64,000 bases of DNA, from NCBI GenBank assembly GCA_026770705.1, contig JANJGN010000151.1, positions 682,001 to 746,000 on the forward strand, read 5' to 3'. Both the position numbers and the translations under genes were made by a program. Source of the DNA: Isurus oxyrinchus (Eukaryota). Below, in pieces: positions 1-11,366 of this stretch (positions are counted from its first letter, which is position 1; each line of letters opens with the position of its first letter). The notes below the pieces were generated by a model. That model saw only the letters and a list, made by a program, of their open reading frames with translations, had not been told where the DNA came from and made no database searches.

Positions 1-157
1 TTGCTTAACCATGAGGACAGAGTTTTCAGACTTCCATTTGAAGTTAATGGCTGAATTTTATTGCATGTCTCTTAGTCATTTAATAAACATTAATAAAGAA
101 CAATGTTGTCAATCTGCAACTATCTCTGACACGCAAAAGATCACACCTAGTCGCCTA

Positions 158-171
158 CTGCCCTCTGGTGG
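158..171 (-). promoter_or_regulatory. CTCF-binding motif (CCACCAGAGGGCAG)
   Basis: Near-consensus CTCF core about 210 bp downstream of the RSS of the V relic at 379-855. Confidence 0.6.
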
Positions 172-378
172 AATGTACATTTAAATATTTTTGATGAAAA
201 TTTAGAGGAAATGGCGGCTCAGGGTAATGTGCTCAGTTTGAACAGCAGCTCGGATAATAAAGTAATTGAAATAAGGAAACCTTAGTCTTATGAAGTATTT
301 ATTTTACACCGGTCTTCGATTTTCCCGCCGCAACTTCCGATTTTTGCCAGCTGTGTCTCTGTACTACAGAGGGCTGGG

Positions 379-855
379 GGTTTCTGTACGAGGATTGAAC
401 TCGTTTCCATTAGTGCCAAGCTGCATTGTCGGCCAGCTGCAGCTCCGAGATCGTTAAAGTTATGAATTTAGTGAAGCTGTTCAACTTAGATAAAAAGTGT
501 TTTTTTTTACAAGATCGATTTTACTTCAGAACATCTCGGCATTTTATCAGAATAAATTCGGCATGTCTGTCAGTGTGATGCCGGTACCCGAATAAATGTA
601 AGCCGCCGCTCCAACTAACAGCGCATTTTCATGCCATCACTTCTCCTGTCTTATCCCTGACGACAGTAGCTGATCTGTTAAAAAAAATGTTCAAACAGGA
701 AAGATCAATCATGCGGGAGTTTAAAATGCAAACTCAATTCATATTTAAAACGAACGAAGATATGGAGTGTTTTTGATCCACAGCCATCGCCAGCAGCCTG
801 AGTTTGACAGTAAAAACCAACAGGATTATAGAAATCAGGGAAAGAATGTATTGTT
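379..855 (-). pseudogene. TCR alpha/delta-type V pseudogene
   Basis: Minus strand reads LHLFGYRHHTDRHAEFILIK (FR2, W>G) and SKLNSFTKFITLTISELQLADNAA (FR3, YYC deleted). Nonamer ACAGAAACC at 379-387, degenerate heptamer, leader relic at ~808-855. Confidence 0.75.
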
Positions 856-2028
856 GCCAGGAGGAAACTGATTACTGATTACACAATCCATAGGAGATGG
901 TTCTGGAACTCTGCAGCCGGGAAAATCTCTCTTGCGGGGGGAAAAGCAAGCTCACGTCCCTCTGCACGGCTGTAACAACCGATGTCAAATACAGAGCAGA
1001 GGCAGCAATCCCTCCAGTAAAGCAAGCAAGCCAGGTCAGGGCGAGAGCAGCAAGTGAAATTTGCGGGCTGGGCTTCAAATAGTAGTGTTGCCACATGTAA
1101 CATCCATGTGTGAGGGATTTTCGGTTTGTCCTCACTTTCTGTCACAATGATCCCTTCCTCCTTTCTTTGAAAGAATCCATTCCAAGAAGAACAAATCCTG
1201 CCTCTGTGACCTGCAGATGGCGAATATGTGAATGATAATTCGGAATGTACTCTGTGCCTCACTACCATTACAAATGGAGGAGTATGAGGCAGTTCCTGCA
1301 ATAAAGAAACACATCCTGCAATATCACTTTAAATTGAACCGGTGAGTTAGAACTGGAGGGCAGAATTTCAAAGGAGAAAATGAAATTATCCGCTGGTATC
1401 GAGAACGTTATTCTCACACACGATATGGTGAGAGTGGAATAAGTTTCTGGTTAGAGTGGCGGACGGATAAACCACTGAATTGTTTAAGGCCGAAGTTGAG
1501 TCTTAATAGGGCTGCGAGGCAGGATCGCTTCGAACGGACGAGGGCACAAGTCTGAATTATCTTGCCAAATAAAGGAACGCAGGAGTTCTAATTGGTTGTT
1601 ACAAATAACCGGCACCAGATGGCAGTGGAGGATGGTTTCAGTGTGTAGGGTTCAGTTTCCCGCCGAGAACAGCAATCAGTAACTTTGTTGAAGAAAGGCA
1701 TTAAAGAAAGATTCAAACATAGAGGCAATACTTTCAAATGTTTTTCTATTTTTATCAATATTGTTGTGTCATTCACGGTTCAGTTTGTTGCACACTTCCC
1801 TCTGGATCTTAAGAGTTTTACCCATTCTTCGATGCAGAATAAACAACCTCAGCTTGCAACCCGCATCCAACAACTGAAGTTCATCTCCTTCCTGTGTAAT
1901 TAGTGCCGGCTACCTGTCATCGTTCAAAATTCTACAAAGCTCCAGACTCTCATCGTGTTTTCCTCCCATGTTTCCCGGTTATCAGTGATTCTTTGCTCTT
2001 TTTAGATGCTACGGAGGAGGAGGGATTG

Positions 2029-2056
2029 GTGGGGGGGGGGGGGGGGGGGGGGGGGG
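2029..2056. repeat. poly-G tract
   Basis: Homopolymer run. Confidence 0.9.
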
Positions 2057-2815
2057 CGGTGCCGCGGTGAGTAACTCTGAAAGAAACTGACCCTCCCCTC
2101 ACGGGGAGCGGCGACGCGGCTTCCCATTTACCTGTCAGCCATCAGTCTGATGAGCTGCATAAAAGCTTTGCGCTCATCTACCTGCTTATATATATATACA
2201 TTATTTATTCATTATCAAAAAGGTACGGATGTCCTAGACTTTATACTTCAACTGCCAATATGCAGACATTATTTGTCAGACCAGCCTGATTTGTTATCCC
2301 TCTCGCCGCAGAGCCAGAGGTTTCTGGATTCCAGTCCACTTGAGTCCCCAGGATCAATGCGGGCACCCGAGTGCAATCCTATGGGAAGAGTGGACCTTTC
2401 TGATGAGGTGTCAACTCGTGATCGTCATTTGCCCTCACATGTGGGTTGATAAATCGCAACGCCACTTTTTCAAAGAAGAACAGGCTTGGTTAACATCTGT
2501 ACACCCATAAAGATCTCTGGAACAGACGGGTAATTAAACGATTACTATTTAAAGGATCATTCCGGGTGCAAATTAGCTGCTGAGTTTTCTACATTACTTT
2601 ATAACAATGACGGAAAAACAATTTGGGGTGTCACGATACGCGCTACATGAACACTCTATTTTTCATTTTCTCAAATTCCCACATTTGTATATTTATGATA
2701 TATTCAGTGGATTAGAATTATTAGTAAAAGGTATCGCATATGCGGGAACCTGTTCAGACTCACTCCTGATCACAATGGTTGCGTCATGCTCTGTGATATT
2801 GAGAGACTCTCTGAC

Positions 2816-3161
2816 AGTTTTTGTACAGTTTCAGCCCAGCCCCGAGTCTCTGTGAGTCTCAGTGCGCAGTAATACACCGCGGAGTCTGCCAGTTCTGTTT
2901 CAGACACTTTAAGCGGGACGGTGCCGATCGAATCGTTGAGCTCCGCTGAAAAACGGTCCCCAGGAAATCTCTCTTTGTTCTCGGTGTATCTAGTCCTCAG
3001 CAACAGCTACTCCATGGATCCGCTGGGATGCTGACGATATCAGAATAAGTTGAGATCGTTGCTGTATGTAGCTGTATAATTACAGAACAACCGAACATTG
3101 TCTCCTTCACTCACTGTGACTGCAGGCGGTGCCTGTGAAACGGAATCTCCTCGACAATGTC
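2816..3161 (-). pseudogene. TCR alpha/delta V pseudogene (V exon + 23-RSS)
   Basis: GHCRGDSVSQAPPAVTVSEGDNVRLFCNYTATYSNDLNLF*YRQHPSGSME*LLLRTRY...DSAVYYCALRL with two in-frame stops, one at Trp41. RSS CACAGAG (2848-2854), 23 bp, ACAAAAACT (2816-2824). Confidence 0.93.
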
Positions 3162-3369
3162 CTGTAAGAGCCAAGAGTAACATTAAATTAAACGATATCA
3201 TTTCACTTTGTTCATGCGCTTTAATAGGATCATCGCCCTGGACAATAACCTGAGAAATGAATCGGAGGAGCTAAACACAAATATATACCCCACCACTCAG
3301 TGGCTGTAATCGGAAGGTGCTTGGACCGAATAAATAAAACTTCCTTCAATGAACATTCGGTTCCTTCTA

Positions 3370-3727
3370 TCGAAATCACGTCCTCAGCTTCGTTTCCTGT
3401 AATTTGAAGGGAAAGTGAAAACTCTCGGTGAGTTTAAAGCTTTGGTATTTGTCAAAGTCCGTCTCCGACACCGGCGGGGCCCGTAGTCTCACTATAACTC
3501 TTCCAGCCTCATTCATTCGGGTAGCTTTCCTACTACCGTGCAGCGACAAAGTGGATCCAGATGATTTTCTCATTTGGGATCAACATATTTTTACCACCTG
3601 TTAATCGAACTGTCCGATTGAATGTAGGGAATGGTAAAGATGTGACTCGCAGAGTTGTACAATTTATGAACCTACCAGTGAAAAGAGCTGCTGCTGTGAG
3701 GAATAAATACAAAGCAACAGGAGACAT
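3370..3727 (-). pseudogene. TCR V leader exon plus heavily decayed V exon
   Basis: Leader MSPVALYLFLTAAALFTG (3676-3727, GT donor) is homologous to the leader at 40623. 78-nt intron, then decayed exon with FR3-like FSLSLQITGNEAEDV. No RSS seen. Confidence 0.65.
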
Positions 3728-4199
3728 GTTTGCAGAGAGCTCCCGGCGGATCTAACCAGAATAGGGTGAAGTGAAATTGTTTTAGTCAAGGGTTGGTAAG
3801 AAGTGGCGTTACATCCCGGCCTCTGCTGATTGGTTCATTGCTGACTGGGTCACCAATCAGCTGAAAGCTTCTTTGTGTTTAATTCAAGCAATCAGGTCGC
3901 AGCTCCTTTGATCTCTAATTCGTATCACCAGCGTCGGGAGAAAGGAAGGAAGTGAATGTATTCATCTCACAACAGGGAATTGGACAGGGATTAAACTCAA
4001 TGTTCACCCCTTAACAAGTTCAATCGGTAAGACGGAGAGAGAAGGAAAGAGCTGCTCTATGACTATGAAAACACCGTTAGCCCTAGTTAACAGGCTTCAT
4101 TTGGAAATTCATGTCTGCATTTAGACTTAGGTGATGAAAGAAACTCGTCAAGGGACCATCAAAAACAAAAAATCCCAAACCCGCAAACCCTTCCTCCGA

Positions 4200-4445
4200 G
4201 AAGGACAAGGGCGGCAGGCACCACCGGCTGCAAGTCCCCCTCCAAGCCCCACACAAGTATAACTGAAAACTATAACGGCCGCCCCTTCACTGTCGCTGGA
4301 TCGAAATGCTGGAACTCCCTCCCTAACAGTACTGTGGATGTACCTACACCACATGGATTGCAGCGGTTCAAGAAGAAAGCTCACCATACACTTCTCAAGA
4401 GGGGTGGGGAGGAAATGCTGGTCCGGCTAGCGACTTTCAATACCA
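4200..4445 (+). mobile_element. LINE/SINE 3' tail fragment (shark CR1/L2-like)
   Basis: Same sequence as the tails at 39200-39515 and 43930-44275 (agaaggacaagggcagcag...cagcggttcaagaagg). Confidence 0.7.
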
Positions 4446-4653
4446 GTAAAGCATGGAAAAATGTCCTCCACCTGTCACCCGCTCGGATAACCAAACCAAC
4501 GACTAATGATGCACCCTACTGCGCTCGTGTTTCTGTCAATTAGTCCGTGTCAATCATCCCAGTACGAGAACTGATAAAGTTCTGCAAGACGCGTATTGTT
4601 TATGTATCCACAGATGCTGACTGACTTACTTTTTTTGCTTAATCATTCTCTCA

Positions 4654-4668
4654 GCCGCCCTCTGGTGA
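4654..4668 (-). promoter_or_regulatory. CTCF-binding motif (TCACCAGAGGGCGGC)
   Basis: Paralogous position to the motif at 158-171, in a homologous flank downstream of the V at 4878. Confidence 0.5.
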
Positions 4669-4877
4669 CAAGACCGTATAAACTTTTACAAAGCAGTTTC
4701 AGAGATAGCAGTTGGCTCAGGGTCATGTGCTCTGCTGAAAGGCAGACATAATTGATATCACCATTGAACATCGGAACATGATAATTTTTCTAAATGATTA
4801 TGTTGTGATGGTCTTCGCATCCAGTCGCCTTGTAACTGAATTCTTGAAGTGGAGTTTCACATCCACAAACTGACGGG

Positions 4878-5170
4878 TGTACCTGTATGAGGGTTTAACT
4901 TGTTTCCAACACGGTGACCCTCAGGGCGCAGGGATAAATTGCAGTTAGATACAGCCAAGTGATGGCAAATGAATTTTGTTAAGCTGCCGACATTTGCAGA
5001 CCAATGCATTTTAACAAAATCTGCTTTATTTTTCAAAACCTTTGAAGCATTACATAAACTAAGCATTGGCTATGTTTCAGCTTGTTGTTGGTACCAGCTG
5101 CCGCGTCTGTTTCTGTCTTAAGCCTTACGAATAGTGCCTGAGCGACAATATCTCCATGGCTCAGATATCA
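4878..5170 (-). pseudogene. TCR alpha/delta V pseudogene
   Basis: SHGDIVAQ..., WYQQQAET*PMLSL...KNKADFVK, AIYPCALRV, with frameshifts and an FR1 deletion. RSS CACCGTG (4910-4916), 23 bp, ACAGGTACA. Confidence 0.85.
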
Positions 5171-5405
5171 GAAATTTGTAGTAAACAAGGAAAGATCAAA
5201 AACACGGGAGTCTTGGCCTGGAGGAGGGTAACTTATGAAAAGCAGATACGCAGCCACCAGATACGGTCAATAAATAAATAAAGGAATAAAACTTATGAAA
5301 GAAAAAGAATCGAAGGAGAGTTTAGAATCGGAAATTGTTGAATATTATTTTGAGCCCGGAAGGCGAATAATTCTGTAAAGTTGCACCTTGCAGTTCCATG
5401 TCAGC

Positions 5406-5422
5406 GCCACTAGAGGGCAGTG
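5406..5422 (+). promoter_or_regulatory. CTCF-binding motif (GCCACTAGAGGGCAGTG)
   Basis: Strong consensus match. Confidence 0.65.
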
Positions 5423-5969
5423 TGAGACAGTGTTGGTTTCGTGGTCGGGGTGCATTCTGGTCTCACAACAGTGTTCAGAAATTTTACTGAAGAAATTTGA
5501 CGAAAAGAACAAATTCAGAAACAGAAACATTATTTTTTTCAATGTTTATATAACTCTTGGTAGGTTGTATCTGTTTGAAAGAAAAAGAAAATGCATCCAC
5601 GCACACGGGTTCAAACGGTAAAATATTTAGACTAATATCAGGATACATTTGTTGTCACAATGAGATGGATCACAGTGTGGAACAAACTTTCAGCCAGAAT
5701 GCGGGAGGAAAATACCCTGGAATCCTTGGATGCTTAGTTGAAGGCGAGATTAGGGCCTTTATGGATAGGAGAGCAATACGAGGAAGAAGGCAACAGCAGT
5801 TCGAATTTGTAACTACCTTGAGAACGGCAGCTTGGCGGGAATTTACGTGAATTATTGCACCCATGCAATTGTCAGTGTGCACCAGCAGAGAGCAGTGTGA
5901 ATCACTGAGAAATTCTGAATGTGGACCGTCCGGTGTGAGCTCAGAGACAGCGAGCTGTGTCAGTGTGAA

Positions 5970-6275
5970 ACCTTATCTTTACCTTGCTTGCCCTGCTCTC
6001 AACCCTTAATTAGCACACTCCTTAGATAATATCATCACCTTCAACACCTCTTTGTCCTTTTGTCTGTGACATCTTTTGGTTATCTCCACTTATCACTGGC
6101 CGTTTATCCAGCTCTACTTGCAACCCCCCACCCCCTTACAGCAGCTTATATTTCACCTCTCTTCTATTTTTACTTAGTTCAGTTGAGGAATCAATCGGAC
6201 TCGAAACATTAACTGTGCTCCTCTCCGCAGATGCTGCAACACCTGCTGAGTTTTTCCAGGTATTTTTGTTTTTGA
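5970..6275 (+). mobile_element. Penelope-like element 3' UTR fragment
   Basis: Reverse complement of 48700-49030, which is attached to a GIY-YIG C-terminus. Confidence 0.75.
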
Positions 6276-6450
6276 CTCAGTTTCTGTCTTTAGTTCGACA
6301 GGAATGCGCCTCTGAGTTGCTCGTTGTGAGTTCTTCAGACGATAATATCCATCCCCTGGTTTTAACCTGACCCTCTGGACAATTTTCTCAACCGGCATTT
6401 CGTGTGGTCTGATAATACTTCGGATTTGCAGAGTGCTTCTGCTGTTTTCC

Positions 6451-6767
6451 AGCAGAAGTGGGAATCATATCCATGAAGTTCTCCATCACCATTGTGTTTG
6501 ACATCGTGCGTTGGTGCAGACGGATTCCGAATCAGCCCCCTCCTCCAGCCCACCCCACGCCCCCCTACCACCGACCAACCCCTCTCTCCACGCGCCCAGC
6601 ATCTACTGATGGCCACAAGAGGAACTGACCAACATGAGATGATCACTGCTTCAACCGAGGGAGGCAACAAACTCCGTGCCGTGACTGGGAGGCGCTCGGG
6701 TTACAGACACTGCTGCCTATCTCTGTGCCACAGTCTCACAGTTCAATGAAGAGCTGGTACAGAAACC
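6451..6767 (+). pseudogene. TCR V pseudogene
   Basis: VRWCRRIPNQP [C-rich insert] QHLLMATRGT...ARVTDTAAYLCA. RSS CACAGTC (6729-6735), 23 bp, ACAGAAACC (6759-6767). Confidence 0.8.
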
Positions 6768-7292
6768 TGGACCAAGTGGGCGAACCACACCACTGTTATT
6801 CGATCATCGGCCTTTCGAGTGGCGCTTTTACAAAGATCCCAGGGTAGGGGCTATGAAAACAAAACAAAAAATAAAATCTAGAATTGAAATACTTAAAGAT
6901 AGTCAGAAATGAAGAGAATTGGACACAGAGTTGGAGAGAAAAAGAAAAAACTTATCGCACAATCCAGAATGAGTGGGAGAAAAACAGAAAGCGAAAACGT
7001 GTTTAACCATTGGTGAAGAGGACAGAAAATTAGGAAACAATCGAACGATAAGAGGAAGCAAGTAAAAAATTAACGAGTGTGATGCATAGAGGTAAAGATC
7101 AGATAAAATAATTATTGAAAAAAGCTTATATAAAGTAAAATGCCCTTTCCTTTAACTTCACTCATATTTCCTTGATAGTTACACAGTTGAATTTTTTGAA
7201 GTACGTCCCTGAAAAAGTGGTTGCTGGAAATTGTCCCATGGATAAACTTGCATTCGGCTCATTGTTCTAACGGTGTAATATTCTTAGATTTC

Positions 7293-7306
7293 CCACCAGA
7301 GGGCGC
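7293..7306 (+). promoter_or_regulatory. CTCF-binding motif (CCACCAGAGGGCGC)
   Basis: Strong consensus match. Confidence 0.65.
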
Positions 7307-8064
7307 AGTGGTTACATGTTCCTCCCTGTTATCAAACTGAAATTAGAGAGGCAGAACTGGCGGAAACACTGCCAGCTGCAATCCCGCCAACAACTTCCGT
7401 TTGCAGTTACTCTTACGAGCACCTGAAGATGCCGATTTAATCTTAACAAAGGGGTAATAGCAGTAAATATGCAGCGTTTGGTCTCGTCCTGCACCGCAGT
7501 GTTTATGTAATATTCTGAAATATGGGACAGGAAGAGAAAACATTGTGACACTAGCAAATAACCGAATGAACACGCCCCAGTTCACAAATTTCAGCACAAA
7601 ATCCTGCCTAACATTTGAGGAAGAGCTGCAATTTTGGACATATCACTTTTTGGATGTGAATTGAAACCGAGTCCTTTCCTGAACTATCTCATGGCATAAC
7701 ATTTCTAATTGCATTTCTTTTGGAAGAACATGGGGATTGTCCCTGGCGTATTGTTCCAATATTTAGCCTTAATCATATCTAATATCAGGTTAAATGTTTA
7801 ATTTCACATTTCTCTTTGTTGGATCCTGTTGTAAATATTATTTTGTGGTTCTTCCCCTGTATTGCAACATTTTAACTTCAAAAGCATTCCAGTAGATAGA
7901 ATGGTGCAAAGCATTTTGGTACATCATAAGAGCGAGTAACGTGCTAGAAAAATGCAAGTTCTTTCATTCTAAATAAACATAATTTAAATTGGAAATTAAA
8001 TAGTCAAAAGTTTAAAGCCCATTATAACTTTGAGAATGTCCTTTATTATAACCTATATTTCTGC

Positions 8065-8430
8065 GCTAGAAGTGTTTATGGGAAATTATAAAGAAGGCTT
8101 TACTCTATATCTGACAGAGTTACATCAAATCTGGGAGTGTTTTACAGGGAAAGTATGGAGGGAGATTTACCCTGTATCTAACAAAGTTGCATCAAAATTG
8201 GAGTGTTTTACAGGGGAAGAATATTGCGCTGTATCTAACAGTTGCGTCAAATCTGGGAGTGATTGACAGGCACATTATAGAGGGAGCTTTACTGTGGATC
8301 TAACCCCGTGCTGTACCTATTCTGAGAGCGTTTGATGGGGAGAGTATAGATGGAGCTTCACTCTGTATCTAACCCTGTGCTGTACCTGTCCTGGGATTTT
8401 TTTGACAGCGCAGAGGGAGCTTTACTTCGA
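8065..8430 (+). repeat. Tandem ~57-68 bp satellite (gggagtgtttgatgggg..agagggagctttactctgtatctaacccc)
   Basis: About 6 visible degenerate units. Inverted copy at 33470-33710. Confidence 0.85.
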
Positions 8431-9399
8431 GAGGGAATGAAATAGAGAAAGGACGTGCAGAGAGAGAAAGAGAGAGATCGGAATCATTAAATGTTCATAT
8501 ACAACTTTAAAAATTATATTATTGTTCTAAAATGAGTTGGTTTTGTCGTTAAACCGACTGTTTTTTTCCAGAACTCTTTGGTTGGATCTTCAGAAACACA
8601 AGATATTTTTTGCAAAAAAATTGTTTTGTTTTCTGTTTTGTCTGAAATAATCCTTTTCAGTCCAGCCAAAGAAGTTCATCGGAGTTATTTTTCTGTCGAA
8701 GTCTTTAGTTTTTGCTCTTTTATGCACCCTGGCATTTGAAAACAAACTGCTAACTGAATCTTAACGGAAAGTTTTCTGCTCATGTTTGCACCGACTGTAT
8801 CAGTTTCAATGTTACCGTGCATCACTTCGTTTCCTCTAATATGTTTCGCTTTCAGTTAAGTTTAAAAGCATTGCGTCAGATAGCTTGGAAATTGAAAATA
8901 AAATGAATTCGAAAATAACTTGATTTTTTTTTCACCTTGTTGCCTGCCGTGTTCTGTTATAATGCAATTTTGGCTCCTTATTTTGCTCAGGAGTGTTATA
9001 ACAAATTATATGCATCTTGTGAAATTTATCAATCGGTTTACTTTGTCTGTTTCTCTCTGTCTAACTTCATTCGATTCCATGAATATGTTTTGTCCAAGTA
9101 GATATTAGCACCGTTTCTCAGCAACTGTAATTTTTGCGATTCATATTTGGCACTAATTCTGAGTTGTCAATGAAGAGAAAATGTCCACTAACTGGGAGCA
9201 AAATCCTGTGCAATGGGGACTTTGTAATCAATATGAGAGAGAAGAGTGACCGATAATTTAGTAGAAGTGCCAGCGAGATTTGATTTAATCACACGACACT
9301 TTTAAATGCTGCGTTAAGAGGGCAGCAAAGACACCAAATATATCAGGAAATATATGAATACAGCCAGAAGCTGCTTCCCAACACAAATTACCTTGCTAG

Positions 9400-9630
9400 G
9401 CCATTCTGGAGGGCAGTTAAAGCTCAACTACATGGCTGGGGCTGTGGAGTCACAAGAAGGCCAGACCAAGTAAGGACTGCAGGTTCCCTTCCCTAAAGGA
9501 CATTAGAGAACCAGAGGTTTTGTTTCTGTCATGGCAACAGATGATCGCCATTGAGACTAATCTGTTTTCAATTCGAGATTGTTTTTATTAATTAATTGAA
9601 CAGATTCAATTCCACCACTTGCTGTGGGGG
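9400..9630 (-). mobile_element. SINE-like repeat
   Basis: Homologous to 47000-47260 and 54385-54710 (ggagtcacatg..ggccagacc..ttccctaaagga). Confidence 0.65.
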
Positions 9631-9736
9631 GCCGGAGGGGGGGGGGGGGGGGGGTGGGGGGAGGGGGTGGGGGGGGGGGTGCGGGGGGGATGGGGGGCGG
9701 GTGGGGGGAAGATTGAACCCAGTCTCCACATCAGCA

Positions 9737-10274
9737 CCGTGTGAGAGTTGGAGAAGTTTTGTAAAGCGGGGAGAACAGAATAAAATAGGGAGGATAAAAT
9801 CCAGGAAATATTGTATCACATCATAAAGTAATTACAATGTAATACAAGGCAGTCAACATCTGTAAGTGACCGACACAGACGAGTCAACGCGTTCCTAAGT
9901 GATCTAAGGCCTTACAGGGACCAGTGACATAGCCGTTACCCCACCGTCTCACGTAACTGCTAAAAATAAAGCGGAAATTATGTACTCGCATCGCCGTGAA
10001 CTTGACTACAGTGCCCAGGGTCCAACAATGGTGATGAAAAATAATGAAAACTATTGAATAGAGCAGCAGATCAATTAGGGAAGCCTAAGAACTCTTTGTC
10101 ACTCAGGTCACTTAGGAAGGCGTTGACTTGCCGGTATCGGTCACTTACAGATGTTGACTGCCTTGTATTACATTGTGATTACTTTATGACGTGAAGCAAT
10201 ATTTCCAGGAATATTGACCTCTCTATTTTAATCTGTTCTCCCTGCTTTGCAAAATCTCTCCAAATCTCACACGG
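9737..10274. repeat. Long inverted repeat (~170-bp arms, ~200-bp spacer)
   Basis: 9737-9905 is the reverse complement of 10105-10274, e.g. acaatgtaatacaaggcagtcaacatctgtaagtgaccga / tcggtcacttacagatgttgactgccttgtattacattgt. Confidence 0.9.
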
Positions 10275-11366
10275 AGTTAGCACAAATATGGTTTAAAAAT
10301 GATCATAACTGAAAATATTGAGATTAATGCTGCCAGGTTCCCCATTTCCTAACAGGTAGAAATATTTGCTCAAGTTTACAAACCGCCAGAGGAATTCGCT
10401 TGAACGTGTATATTTCACCCTGGATATTTTTCTGATTGGTATAACTGCCATCCTGCGGTTTTTGTTTTCCCGCTCAAAAATTAAACTAGGTCATCAAAAC
10501 CTGTTGTCTCAGATATAGGTAAAGGGAAGGTGGAGTAGAACAGATTAATGAAACAAATTATCGGAAAGGGGAAGGCGATCTGCTTTCGATCCAGTCCAAT
10601 GTTCTTAGTGTGGGAGTAGCGAGCCTTTTGAGGGGCTGCGCTCAATAACTGTTCGTGGATTGGGGCACAGAATATCCCATTTGCTTACGCAACGCCGCAA
10701 GGGCCGATCCTGAGGCCAAGTCGAGTTACTGACACCATTTTTATTAGTGTTGGGTGAAAAACAGAAAAAGTTGTGGTCTGGCCCACAAGTTGCTATAATT
10801 AATTTACTATTTCCATCAACAATTACAGAAAGAAAAGGACGACCCAGTCCATCCAGACTGCACCACAGTAGAAATTAAGTAAATTAGAATTGCAGTCACT
10901 ATGGTAATGTAGGAAGTAGTCAAATTATGCACAGCAAGCTCCTACAAAGAGCAATGTGATCACTTGTTTCATTGATATTGTTTGAGGTTTAAATGCACGG
11001 GAGAGCTGACCAGCTCTTTTGTGCAACAGGCGGCAGAGTTTTTAAGGTCCTCCTCGGGGAGGGAGTTGGTGGGGGTTGGGGGGGGGAGGTGGGGCGGGGG
11101 GGCAGTTGGTTGTGGGTGCGTGAGAGGCGGAGTTACCATTTAATAGCTCATCCGAAAAATGGCACCACGGACATTGCAGCTCTCCCTTTATACTGGCAGT
11201 AGAAGTGTCAGCCTGAGTTAAGTGCTCACGCTTTTAGAGTGGGGCCTGAACACTTACATTTCTGATAGACAAGTAGGGTTGTGAGATGGAACAGTTAAAC
11301 TGAGTCATGGATAGCACTTACCCACAAAGGCCGGGTTTCTTTGAACTGGCAGTTCTACATCACTGG

